NCBI GenBank assembly: GCA_027485695.1
Contig: JAIXQO010000003.1
Coordinates: 866,932 to 930,931 of the forward strand
Direction: 5' to 3'
DNA length: 64,000 nt
Source: Pseudomonadota bacterium
GTDB lineage: Bacteria > Bdellovibrionota > UBA1018
In this document: piece after piece, positions 55,078-64,000 of the stretch
Layout of the letters: every line of letters begins with the position of its first letter
Position numbering within the stretch: position 1 is the stretch's first letter
Translations under genes and position numbers: made by a program
The notes under the pieces: generated by a model
The model's database searches: none
What the model saw: only the letters and a program-made list of their open reading frames with translations
What the model was told of the DNA's origin: nothing

Positions 55078-56832
55078 ATGGAAGATCAAGGTCAAGCCCC
55101 CCTGAATGACCGTGCTCGATTGCTTGAGCACGCCAAAGAAGCCCCAAAAGAGCCCGGTGTCTACCTGATGAAGGACGCGGCCGGGGTGATTCTCTACGTC
55201 GGTAAGGCAAAAAACCTCAAAAACCGTTTGACCACCTACTTCAGTCGGATTCCGCATGAAATCACGCGGATTGAATTCCTCGTTCAGGGGATCCGCCGTT
55301 TCGAGGTCATCCTAACCGAGACCGAGAGCGAAGCACTCATCCTCGAGTGCACGCTCATCAAGAAGCACAAACCCAAGTACAACATCCGTCTCAAGGACGA
55401 TAAACACTATCCGTACCTGAAAATCCGGATCGAAGAGTCTTTTCCTCGCATCGAGTGGACGAGGAAAGTTAAACGAGACGGTGCCCGCTATTTCGGCCCA
55501 TTTCCCTCGGCCTGGGCGGCTCGCAATACACTCCAATTGTTGAACGAACATTTCTTGCTTCGCGACTGTTCGGATAATACCTTTCGCCATCGTTCGCGGC
55601 CATGCATTCAGTACCAAATCGGTAAATGTACCGCACCTTGCGTACTCAAGGTGAGCACGGATGAATACCGCGAACAGATTCAAGGCGCGATACAGGTGCT
55701 CGACGGCAAGAGCGATGAGCTTGAGATCGAATTGAAAAAAGAAATGACCGCCGCCGCCGAGGAAGAGCGATTCGAAGAAGCCGCGTTCTTCCGCGATCGA
55801 CTGCAGAGCCTGCATTCAGTGACCGCGATTCAGGTGGTCGATGAGTCCGGTCGTTCTCGCTACCGCGACGTCGTAGGGATCGCGCGAGATGGCGTGAACG
55901 CGCACGTTGCCGTCCTTCAGGTCCGAGCCGGAAAACTCATCGCCGTTAAGCACGTTCACGTTCAGAACTCGGATGATACGCAATTAGACTCCGAGGTATT
56001 ATCAGAGTTTCTGGCGCAGTATTACTTGCAGGCGCAGGCCGATAGCGCCGACCAAAAACGAGAGGCACAGCCGGGTGACGTTTCGCTCGACGGAGTAACG
56101 GGTCCCACCGATGTTCTCGTGAGTACTGCTCCTAATGATTTGGATCTGATCGAGAAAACGATCGGTCTCTCGGTACTGATTCCAGATACCGACGCGGAAA
56201 AACAACTCATGCAGGTCGCTCTTACTAACGCGCGCCACGCGCTCGAGCAGGCCAAGAAAACCGAGAATGGCCACGGCATTCAGGCGCTCGAGGAGATCCA
56301 GTCCAAGCTGAATCTGGAGAAAGTTCCGCTGCGGATCGAGTGCTACGACATTTCGAATTTCCAAGGTGCAGATTCGGTCGCGTCTCGTGTCGTGTTCATG
56401 GACGGTGCACCGGAAAAAACGCTCTATCGTCGTTACAAGATCAAGACCGTCGAAGGTCAAAACGATTTTGCGATGATGAAAGAGGTCTTAGGAAGGCGTT
56501 TCTCAAATGCCGAAGAGCAGTTGCCCGATCTCGTTGTCGTCGATGGTGGACGAGGGCAGTTAGCCCAAGCCGTCGATATTCTCAAGGAACTGGGGCTCGA
56601 GAGCGTTCCGACGGTTGGCCTCGCCAAAGCGCGCACAGAAAGCGATTTTCAAGCTGCAGAGGTTGAGAGCTCGCTCGAGCGGATTTTCATTCCGGGGCGC
56701 AAGAATCCCATCCCGCTCCTCCCGCATATGAAAGCCTATCAGTTACTCACACATATTCGTGATGAAGCACATCGGTTCGCGATCACTTATCACCGCAGTC
56801 TCCGCGATAAGCGCGGAATGGGGCGCGCGTAA
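55078..56832 (+). CDS. uvrC: excinuclease ABC subunit C
   Basis: GIY-YIG motif 'GVYLMKDAAGVILYVGKAKNLKNRLTTYF', UVR domain 'EERFEEAAFFRDRLQSL', and C-terminal RNase H-like and HhH regions. Confidence 0.93.
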   Translation: MEDQGQAPLNDRARLLEHAKEAPKEPGVYLMKDAAGVILYVGKAKNLKNRLTTYFSRIPHEITRIEFLVQGIRRFEVILTETESEALILECTLIKKHKPKYNIRLKDDKHYPYLKIRIEESFPRIEWTRKVKRDGARYFGPFPSAWAARNTLQLLNEHFLLRDCSDNTFRHRSRPCIQYQIGKCTAPCVLKVSTDEYREQIQGAIQVLDGKSDELEIELKKEMTAAAEEERFEEAAFFRDRLQSLHSVTAIQVVDESGRSRYRDVVGIARDGVNAHVAVLQVRAGKLIAVKHVHVQNSDDTQLDSEVLSEFLAQYYLQAQADSADQKREAQPGDVSLDGVTGPTDVLVSTAPNDLDLIEKTIGLSVLIPDTDAEKQLMQVALTNARHALEQAKKTENGHGIQALEEIQSKLNLEKVPLRIECYDISNFQGADSVASRVVFMDGAPEKTLYRRYKIKTVEGQNDFAMMKEVLGRRFSNAEEQLPDLVVVDGGRGQLAQAVDILKELGLESVPTVGLAKARTESDFQAAEVESSLERIFIPGRKNPIPLLPHMKAYQLLTHIRDEAHRFAITYHRSLRDKRGMGRA

Positions 56833-56849
56833 GGAATGTTTTAGTAAAA

Positions 56850-57365
56850 TTACTCTCTTGGAACGTAAGTGGCAGGTCTTCCGCATTTGCTCGGGTCAGC
56901 GTTCGGAAAATCTTTGAGTGCTTGGCTGATCGCGGTTGCTTGAGGTCCATCGAGTGAAAATCCATATAGAGGTGCCAGTACATCGATTTGTTTGAAGAAT
57001 TTCTCTTTGTCTTTGACGCTCTGTCGGTAGCTGACTTGTCTAACGTTTCCGAAGAACTCGTAGAGGCTCTCTCCTGATTCGTTCGTATCTACAAACGCCC
57101 CGCTTGAATCGCGGGTGACGTGCTTACGAAGGGTGATCTTCCATTCCAGGATGTAATCCGCGTCATCCGTGGATACAGTGAGCTCATAGCCTTTTTGTTC
57201 AGCGATTTCTTGGAGTTTTTCGGGGGCAAAGACACCCATGGATTTCATGTAAGCGAAGATCTTACAGGGGGCTAGAGATGCGTCACTGAATGCATCCGAT
57301 TCAGATGCCGTTGCCGACGTGCCGCTCACCAAACCGATGAGAACGAGGGATAGAAATTTTTTCAT
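56850..57365 (-). CDS. small secreted hypothetical protein
   Basis: Internal start 'MKKFLSLVLIGLVSGTSATA' is a signal peptide. The ORF track begins 25 codons upstream. Confidence 0.5.
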   Translation of the reverse strand: MKKFLSLVLIGLVSGTSATASESDAFSDASLAPCKIFAYMKSMGVFAPEKLQEIAEQKGYELTVSTDDADYILEWKITLRKHVTRDSSGAFVDTNESGESLYEFFGNVRQVSYRQSVKDKEKFFKQIDVLAPLYGFSLDGPQATAISQALKDFPNADPSKCGRPATYVPRE

Positions 57366-57478
57366 AGGAAAAGATCTATCACCAATGTGTAAAAAATAAA
57401 ACGACAGATTTTGATTGGCGTCGCTGCATTCACTCATCACTCAAGTGTCGAACTCCTCGACAGTCTCGAATAGGCTCT

Positions 57479-57510
57479 CTCCCCCTGGGAAGTGAGTTCT
57501 TCAGGGGGAG
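57479..57510 (-). terminator. hairpin terminator-like structure downstream of the 57523-57972 gene
   Basis: 9-bp stem ctccccctg/cagggggag with a 14-nt loop. It begins 13 nt past the stop codon. Its sequence resembles the hairpin at 23355 (CCCCCTG...CAGGGGG..TCGAA). Confidence 0.4.
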
Positions 57511-57522
57511 ATCGAAATGAAG

Positions 57523-57972
57523 CTATCTCAATTTGCAATTCACGTTGACGAAATGGCCGAACGATTGGGACAGGCTGGAAATGACGCGTGATCCTTTGGT
57601 GACAGCCACTGAGACAAAGTGTGGCGAGTGGGCGGTTTCCAGTGAGTTTGGAATGAATCTGGCCTTGAGAAAAATCATGCCTTGATAGAGGAGGTCAGTC
57701 TCCGGAGTGGTGCCGCGTCCCCCCGGAACATAGTCGAAGATTTGCACGTCAACTGCGCCTTTTGGGAAATCGGTGAGATCCGTAGAGGCGATTCGCACCT
57801 CAGGGGCATTTACGGTGAGTAAGGCATGTTCAATGATGATCTGATTTTTAAGACGAGCCTCGGGAGAGGAAGTATCTAGACCGACATCCGTATTGATGGT
57901 GCAATCGTAAACCTCGGCAAAACTGGTGGACGCGACCAAGCTCAAGAGAAGGGTAGTGATCAGGGATTTCAT
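57523..57972 (-). CDS. small secreted hypothetical protein (149 aa)
   Basis: Signal peptide 'MKSLITTLLLSLVASTSFA'. Confidence 0.5.
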   Translation of the reverse strand: MKSLITTLLLSLVASTSFAEVYDCTINTDVGLDTSSPEARLKNQIIIEHALLTVNAPEVRIASTDLTDFPKGAVDVQIFDYVPGGRGTTPETDLLYQGMIFLKARFIPNSLETAHSPHFVSVAVTKGSRVISSLSQSFGHFVNVNCKLR

Positions 57973-58213
57973 TCGAATTCAGTAGTGTGGACCGTTTGGA
58001 GAGTCAAGGCGATGAGGTTTCATCTGTCGCAGGAGTGAGAACACCTGGGAAACGGTAAACAGAATTCTATCGGGTTGCGCCAAAATAGAATTGTATTCCC
58101 GAGATTGTCTTCCGGACCGTGGAACCGATCGTTGACGCGTGTCTACTGAAAAGACGGACTGCGATGGTTTTTGTACGGTATTTCGGTAGGTGATCTGCTA
58201 CTAAATACAGCCT

Positions 58214-59026
58214 ATGTATTTAAAACTATCCCGGCTCTTTTTGATGCTGTGTTTTGCTCTTTCCGCTCACGCAAGCGAGGTAGAGTTTATTCCGACCGCA
58301 GAAACGCGCATCGCTCCAGGGATCGTGAGTAGCGACGACGTGATCTTGGCTCCGTTCTGCGTCAAGCCAGGCGCGAATCGGCTTTGCCAGGAGGCGATCT
58401 TCTACAAGCTCACCGCGCGCAAATCCAAGAATTCTCGGATGGTTCGTGACCGTTTCAGTTTTGAATCGATCGACAAAAAACGCGAGTACTTTGAGAACGG
58501 CAAAATCTATCAGTACACCGAAGCCTCCCGCCCCCTGTCGGGCGCTTACATCCAGAAGTCTCTGGAGCTTTTCCAGGGGAAACTGGAGCAAGCCGGATAC
58601 CGGGTGCTCAAGCCGCATTTCAAACAAGTGAATGAAAATCGAAAAGGGCTCGTCGGCCCTTGGTATAATTATCTTTGGTTCGCCCCGATCAGTGGTGGTC
58701 TCGCCGGGGGGTTCACCCGAATGGTCGTTGATTTCGGAAGTCAACGCGAAGAGTGGTCAAACCCCTTCGCCATCAAGGTGGGAATTTCGGTTGCGAGCGC
58801 TCTGCTTCTTTATGGAACCGGCGAGTCGCTCATCTTGAATGCCCGAGCAAACAAGCGATCCAAGCACTACGAGGAAAATTTGACTGATGCAGTCGAGGCA
58901 CTGTTTTCTTCGCAACAGCGTGAGCCGGTCCGCGTAAAAGACTATATCTTCCGAGATGTACTTGGATTCGTTCAGTCCGATTTTTGGGGATGGTACGCAG
59001 TCAGTCCGTCCGAGGAAGAGTTATGA
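58214..59026 (+). CDS. secreted hypothetical protein, paralog 1 of small tandem pair
   Basis: Signal 'MYLKLSRLFLMLCFALSAHA'. Shares 'C.KPG....C.E..F..L' with the next gene. Confidence 0.55.
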   Translation: MYLKLSRLFLMLCFALSAHASEVEFIPTAETRIAPGIVSSDDVILAPFCVKPGANRLCQEAIFYKLTARKSKNSRMVRDRFSFESIDKKREYFENGKIYQYTEASRPLSGAYIQKSLELFQGKLEQAGYRVLKPHFKQVNENRKGLVGPWYNYLWFAPISGGLAGGFTRMVVDFGSQREEWSNPFAIKVGISVASALLLYGTGESLILNARANKRSKHYEENLTDAVEALFSSQQREPVRVKDYIFRDVLGFVQSDFWGWYAVSPSEEEL

Positions 59027-59631
59027 TCCGGTTATCGACCATGGTTGCGTCGTTCGTTTTTGCCCTTGTTTCTTCCTCGGTGATCGCCGACGACGGTACT
59101 GAGGTTGGCATGCCGATGGGTGCGGGCGTCACCAATGGTCGGGGGCTCTACTTGCGTCCGATTTGTCTCAAGCCTGGCGAGAAGCAAGGCTGTGCGGAAA
59201 TGTGTTTTCGCCGGTTGATTCCCACTTCTGAGAAGAAAGTCGAAAACGTACGTGGCGTGCAGTTTCAACTGAGCGGGGTAGACGTCGACTACTGGAACGA
59301 AAACGATCAAAAGAAGTACAATCAACTCGTCGAGGGATTCTCAGAACAAAAAGCGCGTTCGCATCGGGTGCGTTCGGCGACGGACCCAGAGTGCTTCGGC
59401 CCGAAATTGAGCGGTGCAGCTTGGGCTCAAGTATTCGCCTGCAAAGAAATCGATCGCGATTGGCGCGACTTGATGGAGGTGTCGCTCAAGCAGGACGAGA
59501 ATTGGTTGCTCTGGTCGAATGCCGCCGTATTAAAGCGCAAGGCCTTCCGCAAATTCGCTGAGTACATCGGCGGCGATGGCTGGGATTTCCAGAGTGATCT
59601 GAAACGTTGCGGGATCATTCCGGGACGCTGA
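59023..59631 (+). CDS. secreted hypothetical protein, paralog 2 of small tandem pair
   Basis: Start 'MIRLSTMVASFVFALVSSSVIA' overlaps the previous stop (ATGA). 'ICLKPGEKQGCAEMCFRRL' parallels 'FCVKPGANRLCQEAIFYKL'. Confidence 0.55.
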   Translation: MIRLSTMVASFVFALVSSSVIADDGTEVGMPMGAGVTNGRGLYLRPICLKPGEKQGCAEMCFRRLIPTSEKKVENVRGVQFQLSGVDVDYWNENDQKKYNQLVEGFSEQKARSHRVRSATDPECFGPKLSGAAWAQVFACKEIDRDWRDLMEVSLKQDENWLLWSNAAVLKRKAFRKFAEYIGGDGWDFQSDLKRCGIIPGR

Positions 59632-59635
59632 CCTT

Positions 59636-62600
59636 TTAAGGATTGACCCATTCGGCGATGCCGTACATCGAGTTTTGGACATAGATGAAAATGAGAGAAT
59701 TGCGGCCCTCGTGATAGTGGAGCGCGTGGCCGTTACAACTGATCGTCGAGGACGGAAACGCGAGTTCCGTCTCTACGTTCGTATCGACATTGCGTTTGTA
59801 GAGTTTTCCATCCGTCGCGCAGTAGTAAATGAATGAATCGGCGCCGACTCGACGGAAATCAAATGCACGAATCCCCCTTGAGGTGGCTTCGAACGTAGAA
59901 ATCGTTCCTCCGTCATGTGGGATCGCTCGAACATTTGCTGCATCTCGGTAGGCGAGGAGCCATTGGTTGGTGACGGAGTCGTATTTGTACTGGAGCGCGA
60001 CTTCGAGTCCCATCGATCGATCGAGAAAACAGTCGGTGCCGAGTTGGTCGTTGCAAAGATTGAAAACGGGCGAAGGCGAATCCGCAGTTTTACCGTAAAT
60101 GATGGTATTGGAGTGATCGGTCGGATTAATCGTACGGATGTTATTGGCGCCGTACTGACCGCTATTAGCTGTCAGGTAGCTGATGATTCGAGTTGGACTC
60201 TGACCTGCATAACTAATTCGCCCGTTTGTCTGCACCGTCCCCGAAGGAATCACCCATCGACCCGTGCTTAAGTCTAAGTAGGAGAGTGATCCCCAGGAAA
60301 TGGTGTAGTAAAGTCGCTGGAGCGTCGGATTGACGACAAATCCGCAGGGCATTCCCCATCCGCATTCAGGAATATTGGACTGTGCGGCTACCGCGTTGTG
60401 GCCCGGGCTTCCGTGAACTCCCGTTCCGGCGACATTCACGAGATTCCCTCCGGCGAGAGGGAATTTCACCAGCTGGTGTTCGAGTTTGTTTTTGACATAA
60501 ACTTCGGTGTCTGTAGCGGCGAAATAGTTGATTTGAGAGAAGCGCGCACTGACCGGGTTTTCTCCGATTCCATAGTTCCGAGGCTGACCGGCGAGCGTTT
60601 GAACCTTGCCGTCGGCATCGATGGTCCGAATCACTCCCATATCTAGAAAATATATTTTTCCGAATTCGTTGACGTGTACAGACATGATTGTGGCAGGGCA
60701 GCTCAGTGCGGCTGTTCCATCCGCGCATCGCCCATTTTGACCGTTTCCAATCACGTTATTAAATGTATTGGTCGTGGGTTCGTAGATTCTGAGGTTGGCA
60801 CGGCTATGAGCCAGGAGGTAGAGGCGACCGTTCAGTCCGGTATAAAACGATCCGCTCCAATCAACTGCCGTACTGTGAGGCGTTTGTGCGAGTCCCGTGT
60901 TGATATCAAAATTGGTTGCAGCACTCGCGAAGTTCGGTACGTTGCTTGGTTGGCTGAGGCACTCGGTCCCAATGCCTCCACCCGATTTGCGCATGATTTT
61001 GGTGATGGAGGAGGATGCCTTGTCGTAGGCGATTCCGGTTCCGTTCATGGGACAGGTTCCGTTGTTAAACGAAGCGTACAATCCCGACATATTACCGGTT
61101 CCGAGGCCCTCTAGAGTGAGGTGTTTGACGACGGTTGCGTCCGCAAGAGTGGCTCCAGGCAAGTAGTACCAAATCTCTTTGCCGCGCTGAAAATAGATGC
61201 GCCCGTCTGGTGTCGGAGTTAGCATCAGATAGTTTGGATTGGCGCTTCCCAAGTTAAATGAACGAGCGAGTGAGCCGCTCGTGGTATTTGCTCCGCCTCC
61301 GATCAGGTGCTCGAGCGTCCAGGGGGTTTGACTGAGATTGAGTCTGAGTAGTCTTGTGAAGTCCCAGATGAGGAGGTTCCCTTGATGGTCGAGTACGATC
61401 TGCGCAAGGCTTGCGAGCGTTGCGTTTGCAGCTGTTCCTCCGACACCCGATTGCGTTCCGGTTTGAGGGATCAAGAGTCTCAGAAGTCCGTCCTCTGGGG
61501 AGACATACGCAAGCCCTTGGCCCGGATATTTATAAAAAATATAACCTTGATTGGTCACGGCAACGGCCCCGTTGTCGGCGGCATCGTTGAATCCTCCTTC
61601 GTTCGCGCCCAAGAGTAGAGCACTCCTTGCGGATCCATTGATCCCCAAGCTCGTATTGCCGGCGAGGAAACGGATGCTACCTGTGTTCAGGGCGTTCGAA
61701 GTGGAAAACACCTGTGAAACACCGCTGTCTTGGACGCGCACTTGAATCTTAAAATAGCTGCTCGTCGGTGAACCGTTCGTCCATTTAAAACAACCCGTCG
61801 CGCCACCGCTCGGTGTACATGCGCCATTTGCGCTGTTGCTCAATCCCGAGCTCGCCAAAACGAATGTGGATTCGTTCGTCGTGTAGTAAATAGAGATGTT
61901 TCCTGCGGGAATGGCTGAATTGTCTTCGATTTTCCACTGGATGAAGACGCTTGATCCGGATGGCACGGTTGTGTCCGACGAACTGAGCGGAGATGCTGGA
62001 GCATCAGAATTCGCTGCGGTTACACCTGAGATCGTGGGAGGCGGATCGGGAGTGTAGTTGATCGTATAGAAATCTTGCAGTGTCGTATCGGTTCCGGTGG
62101 AGGTGTTTCCCAGCTCGTCTCGAAACCAAATGCGGATGTCATAGGCACCGTTAATAGTACCGATTTGAAAAGGATAGTTGGAAATACTGAGACTCAGGGT
62201 GTTTGATTCCGAAATAGAGCTCAGTGTCGTCCAGCACGAATCATTCGATGGTGGCGTCGAGCTGTAGTTGTATTTCAAACAGAATGCTGCGATCGGAGTG
62301 ACGTTCGCCGTACTCTGGAAATTGAGCAGCAAGTTATTGTTACCGGTGGTCGTCAGATCGCCGACGACTCGGAGCTGAGTTGCATTCGGTGGGACAGAAT
62401 CGTAAGTGAGAGTAAGCGCGGAGGACGTTGCCGAAATGTTCCCGACCGCGTCTTTGGCCCAAGCCCTGAGAGCACGAGCTCCTTCGCTCGTGTCTGTGAG
62501 TGTAAATGCGATTCCGCCTGCCGTGGTGACACAAGATTTCCATCGGGAGTCGCCTGCAAGCGGTGCAGCGCCGTTTTCAGAAATGAGAACATGGGTGCGA

Positions 62601-64000
62601 TCCGTGCAGCTGGTGACCGTTAAGGTCGTCGCAATCGTGTTCCGTTTTTCTGTCGTCGTTGAATTCGATGAGAATGCGATGGTGGGTGGTGACGGAGCAG
62701 TCGTATCACTCGACCAAGAGTGACTAGCAGCTGTACCGGTATTACCAGCCGCATCCACGGCGCGGATCAAAACCGTGTGCGCGCCATCGGCAAGGCCGGT
62801 ATAGCTCATCGGAGAAACGCAGTCGGCGTAGCTGCCCGAATCGAGCTTGCATTCAAAACGAGCGATGCCGGAACCACCCGTGTCAGCACCCGTAAATACG
62901 AGGCTTGCCGAAGCAAGTGCAATGGCCGACGAGGGGCCCGAAGAAATAGTAACGGTCGGAGCGCTCTGATCTATTGTCCAGCTGCGTGTGGTTTCGGTTC
63001 CCGTGTTGCCGGCCGTATCGATCGCACGGACGGAGACGCTGTGAGCTCCGGTTGAAAGCGAGGTATAGGATTTGGGACTCGTGCAGGCTGAATAGGCGCC
63101 ACTATCGATCGAGCATTCGTAAGAAGCCACGGTTCCGCCACCTGAATCCGTGGCGCTGAAGGTGAGGCTCGCGCTAGTCGTATTCACGTAGGTTGCGGGT
63201 CCAGTTGAAATCGTGGTCGTCGGAGCCGTCTGATCGATGGTCCAAGACCGGCTCACCACCGAGCCCGTATTGCCAACCGAGTCGATCGCTCGAATGGATA
63301 AAACATGTGAGCCGGCAGTGAGTCCTGTGAGTCCATGCGGAGAAGTGCAAGCTGCGTAAGTCGCCGAGTTCAGAGAACACTCGTAAGATGCGACGGTCCC
63401 GCCACCCGAATCGGTTGCAGTAAATGCGACGGATGCGGTCGATGTATTCACGATGCTTGCAGGGCCAGAGGAGATCGTCGTAGTTGGGCCAATTTGGTCA
63501 ATCGTCCAGGTAAACGTTTGTGCTGCGCTCGTATTGTCGGCGCTATCAACGACCCGAATCTGAACCGTATGAGCGCCAGTTGAAAGCGCATTGATCGAGT
63601 GTGGAGAAGTGCAAGTCGCAAACGAGCCACTATCGGTTTTGCATTCAAATCGAGAGACTTCGCCGCCGCCGGAATCCGTCGCCGTAAACGTGAAACTCGC
63701 GCTCGTCGTAGCGACTAGGGCCGCCGGCGATTGGGAGACCGTCATCGTAGGTGCCGTGGTATCAATGATCCAACTATAAGAGACTGCCGTGCCCGCGTTC
63801 GAGCTTCCATCGATGGGGCGAACGAGGAACGTGTGATTGCCGGCTGAAACGCCGGAGTAAGATTGTGGAGAGCTACAAGCTGTATAGGATCCAGAGTCGA
63901 GTTTGCATTCGAAACTCGCCGCGCCCGATGAGGCGCTTGCACTGAATGTAAATGATGGGTTCGTCTGCTTGGTAATAGAATCTGGTTTCGTATTGATGGA
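59636..64000 (-). CDS. giant cell-surface protein (>1450 aa, 5' end beyond window): at least 5 tandem ~92-aa Ig-like repeats followed by a large beta-propeller-like C-terminal region
   Basis: The frame stays open upstream of the first Met to the window edge, with no in-frame stop from 63746 to 64000. The repeat 'TDSGGG.V..(Y/F)EC..DSG....C.SP.....L..G.H...(I/V)RA.D..GN' recurs in tandem. Confidence 0.7.
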   Translation of the reverse strand, partial: SINTKPDSITKQTNPSFTFSASASSGAASFECKLDSGSYTACSSPQSYSGVSAGNHTFLVRPIDGSSNAGTAVSYSWIIDTTAPTMTVSQSPAALVATTSASFTFTATDSGGGEVSRFECKTDSGSFATCTSPHSINALSTGAHTVQIRVVDSADNTSAAQTFTWTIDQIGPTTTISSGPASIVNTSTASVAFTATDSGGGTVASYECSLNSATYAACTSPHGLTGLTAGSHVLSIRAIDSVGNTGSVVSRSWTIDQTAPTTTISTGPATYVNTTSASLTFSATDSGGGTVASYECSIDSGAYSACTSPKSYTSLSTGAHSVSVRAIDTAGNTGTETTRSWTIDQSAPTVTISSGPSSAIALASASLVFTGADTGGSGIARFECKLDSGSYADCVSPMSYTGLADGAHTVLIRAVDAAGNTGTAASHSWSSDTTAPSPPTIAFSSNSTTTEKRNTIATTLTVTSCTDRTHVLISENGAAPLAGDSRWKSCVTTAGGIAFTLTDTSEGARALRAWAKDAVGNISATSSALTLTYDSVPPNATQLRVVGDLTTTGNNNLLLNFQSTANVTPIAAFCLKYNYSSTPPSNDSCWTTLSSISESNTLSLSISNYPFQIGTINGAYDIRIWFRDELGNTSTGTDTTLQDFYTINYTPDPPPTISGVTAANSDAPASPLSSSDTTVPSGSSVFIQWKIEDNSAIPAGNISIYYTTNESTFVLASSGLSNSANGACTPSGGATGCFKWTNGSPTSSYFKIQVRVQDSGVSQVFSTSNALNTGSIRFLAGNTSLGINGSARSALLLGANEGGFNDAADNGAVAVTNQGYIFYKYPGQGLAYVSPEDGLLRLLIPQTGTQSGVGGTAANATLASLAQIVLDHQGNLLIWDFTRLLRLNLSQTPWTLEHLIGGGANTTSGSLARSFNLGSANPNYLMLTPTPDGRIYFQRGKEIWYYLPGATLADATVVKHLTLEGLGTGNMSGLYASFNNGTCPMNGTGIAYDKASSSITKIMRKSGGGIGTECLSQPSNVPNFASAATNFDINTGLAQTPHSTAVDWSGSFYTGLNGRLYLLAHSRANLRIYEPTTNTFNNVIGNGQNGRCADGTAALSCPATIMSVHVNEFGKIYFLDMGVIRTIDADGKVQTLAGQPRNYGIGENPVSARFSQINYFAATDTEVYVKNKLEHQLVKFPLAGGNLVNVAGTGVHGSPGHNAVAAQSNIPECGWGMPCGFVVNPTLQRLYYTISWGSLSYLDLSTGRWVIPSGTVQTNGRISYAGQSPTRIISYLTANSGQYGANNIRTINPTDHSNTIIYGKTADSPSPVFNLCNDQLGTDCFLDRSMGLEVALQYKYDSVTNQWLLAYRDAANVRAIPHDGGTISTFEATSRGIRAFDFRRVGADSFIYYCATDGKLYKRNVDTNVETELAFPSSTISCNGHALHYHEGRNSLIFIYVQNSMYGIAEWVNP
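62640..64000 (-). repeat. tandem ~276-bp coding repeats (Ig-like domain units) within the giant surface protein gene
   Basis: Four units lie between 62640 and 63745, and at least one more between 63746 and 64000. The translated units are clearly homologous but not identical. Confidence 0.8.

Noticed and set aside
1-64000. tRNA, rRNA, IS elements, integrases, phage genes
   Set aside because: I saw no cloverleaf-compatible segments or T-loop GGTTCGA motifs in the intergenic gaps. No transposase or integrase motifs (DDE, tyrosine recombinase R..H..R..Y) occur in any ORF. The region appears to be core chromosome rather than a mobile island.

Overview
The window is a 64 kb chromosomal segment, about 55% GC and densely coding. 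I read it as coming from a Gram-negative bacterium, most likely a Bdellovibrio-like or myxobacterial member of the old deltaproteobacteria. That taxon call is inference only, resting on gene content and order: a CdnL regulator, a TIGR02147-like HTH protein and many secreted paralogous hypotheticals.

The dominant feature is a complete, tightly coupled type II secretion operon, gspC-D-E-F-G-H-I-J-K-L-M-N (minus strand, about 8.8-23.2 kb). It is translationally coupled at its 3' end to ispA and gshB.

The 5' end of the window carries a small putative tailoring or biosynthetic locus. It holds an unknown protein, a heme-oxygenase-like diiron enzyme, a standalone HxxxDG condensation/acyltransferase-like protein, a cytochrome P450 and an HKD phospholipase-D-family protein.

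Housekeeping genes present are ihfA plus a MerR-family gene, cdnL, gltX-cysS, uvrB, uvrC, a DUF72 gene, and an amino-acid ABC transporter with a fused binding-protein/permease and an ATPase.

The remainder is mostly signal-peptide-bearing hypotheticals:
- a protein with a perfect 24-bp tandem repeat (FGDKTGNS units) sitting directly upstream of the T2SS promoter region;
- a 1156-aa exported protein whose N-terminal module looks like a two-Rossmann flavin monooxygenase;
- two tandem ~615-aa paralogs sharing an HSFHxH motif;
- two small tandem paralogs;
- a Tat-signal DUF1501/1552-like gene in an operon with a CxxCH-containing partner;
- a giant surface protein with at least 5 tandem Ig-like repeats, running off the window end.

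Two intergenic gaps inside the T2SS operon carry homologous structured elements. Each is bounded by its own perfect 17-bp inverted repeat, and the two pairs differ from each other while staying self-complementary. I found no rRNA, tRNA, CRISPR array or obvious IS/transposase. Coordinates of motifs I located by hand may be off by 1-2 nt.
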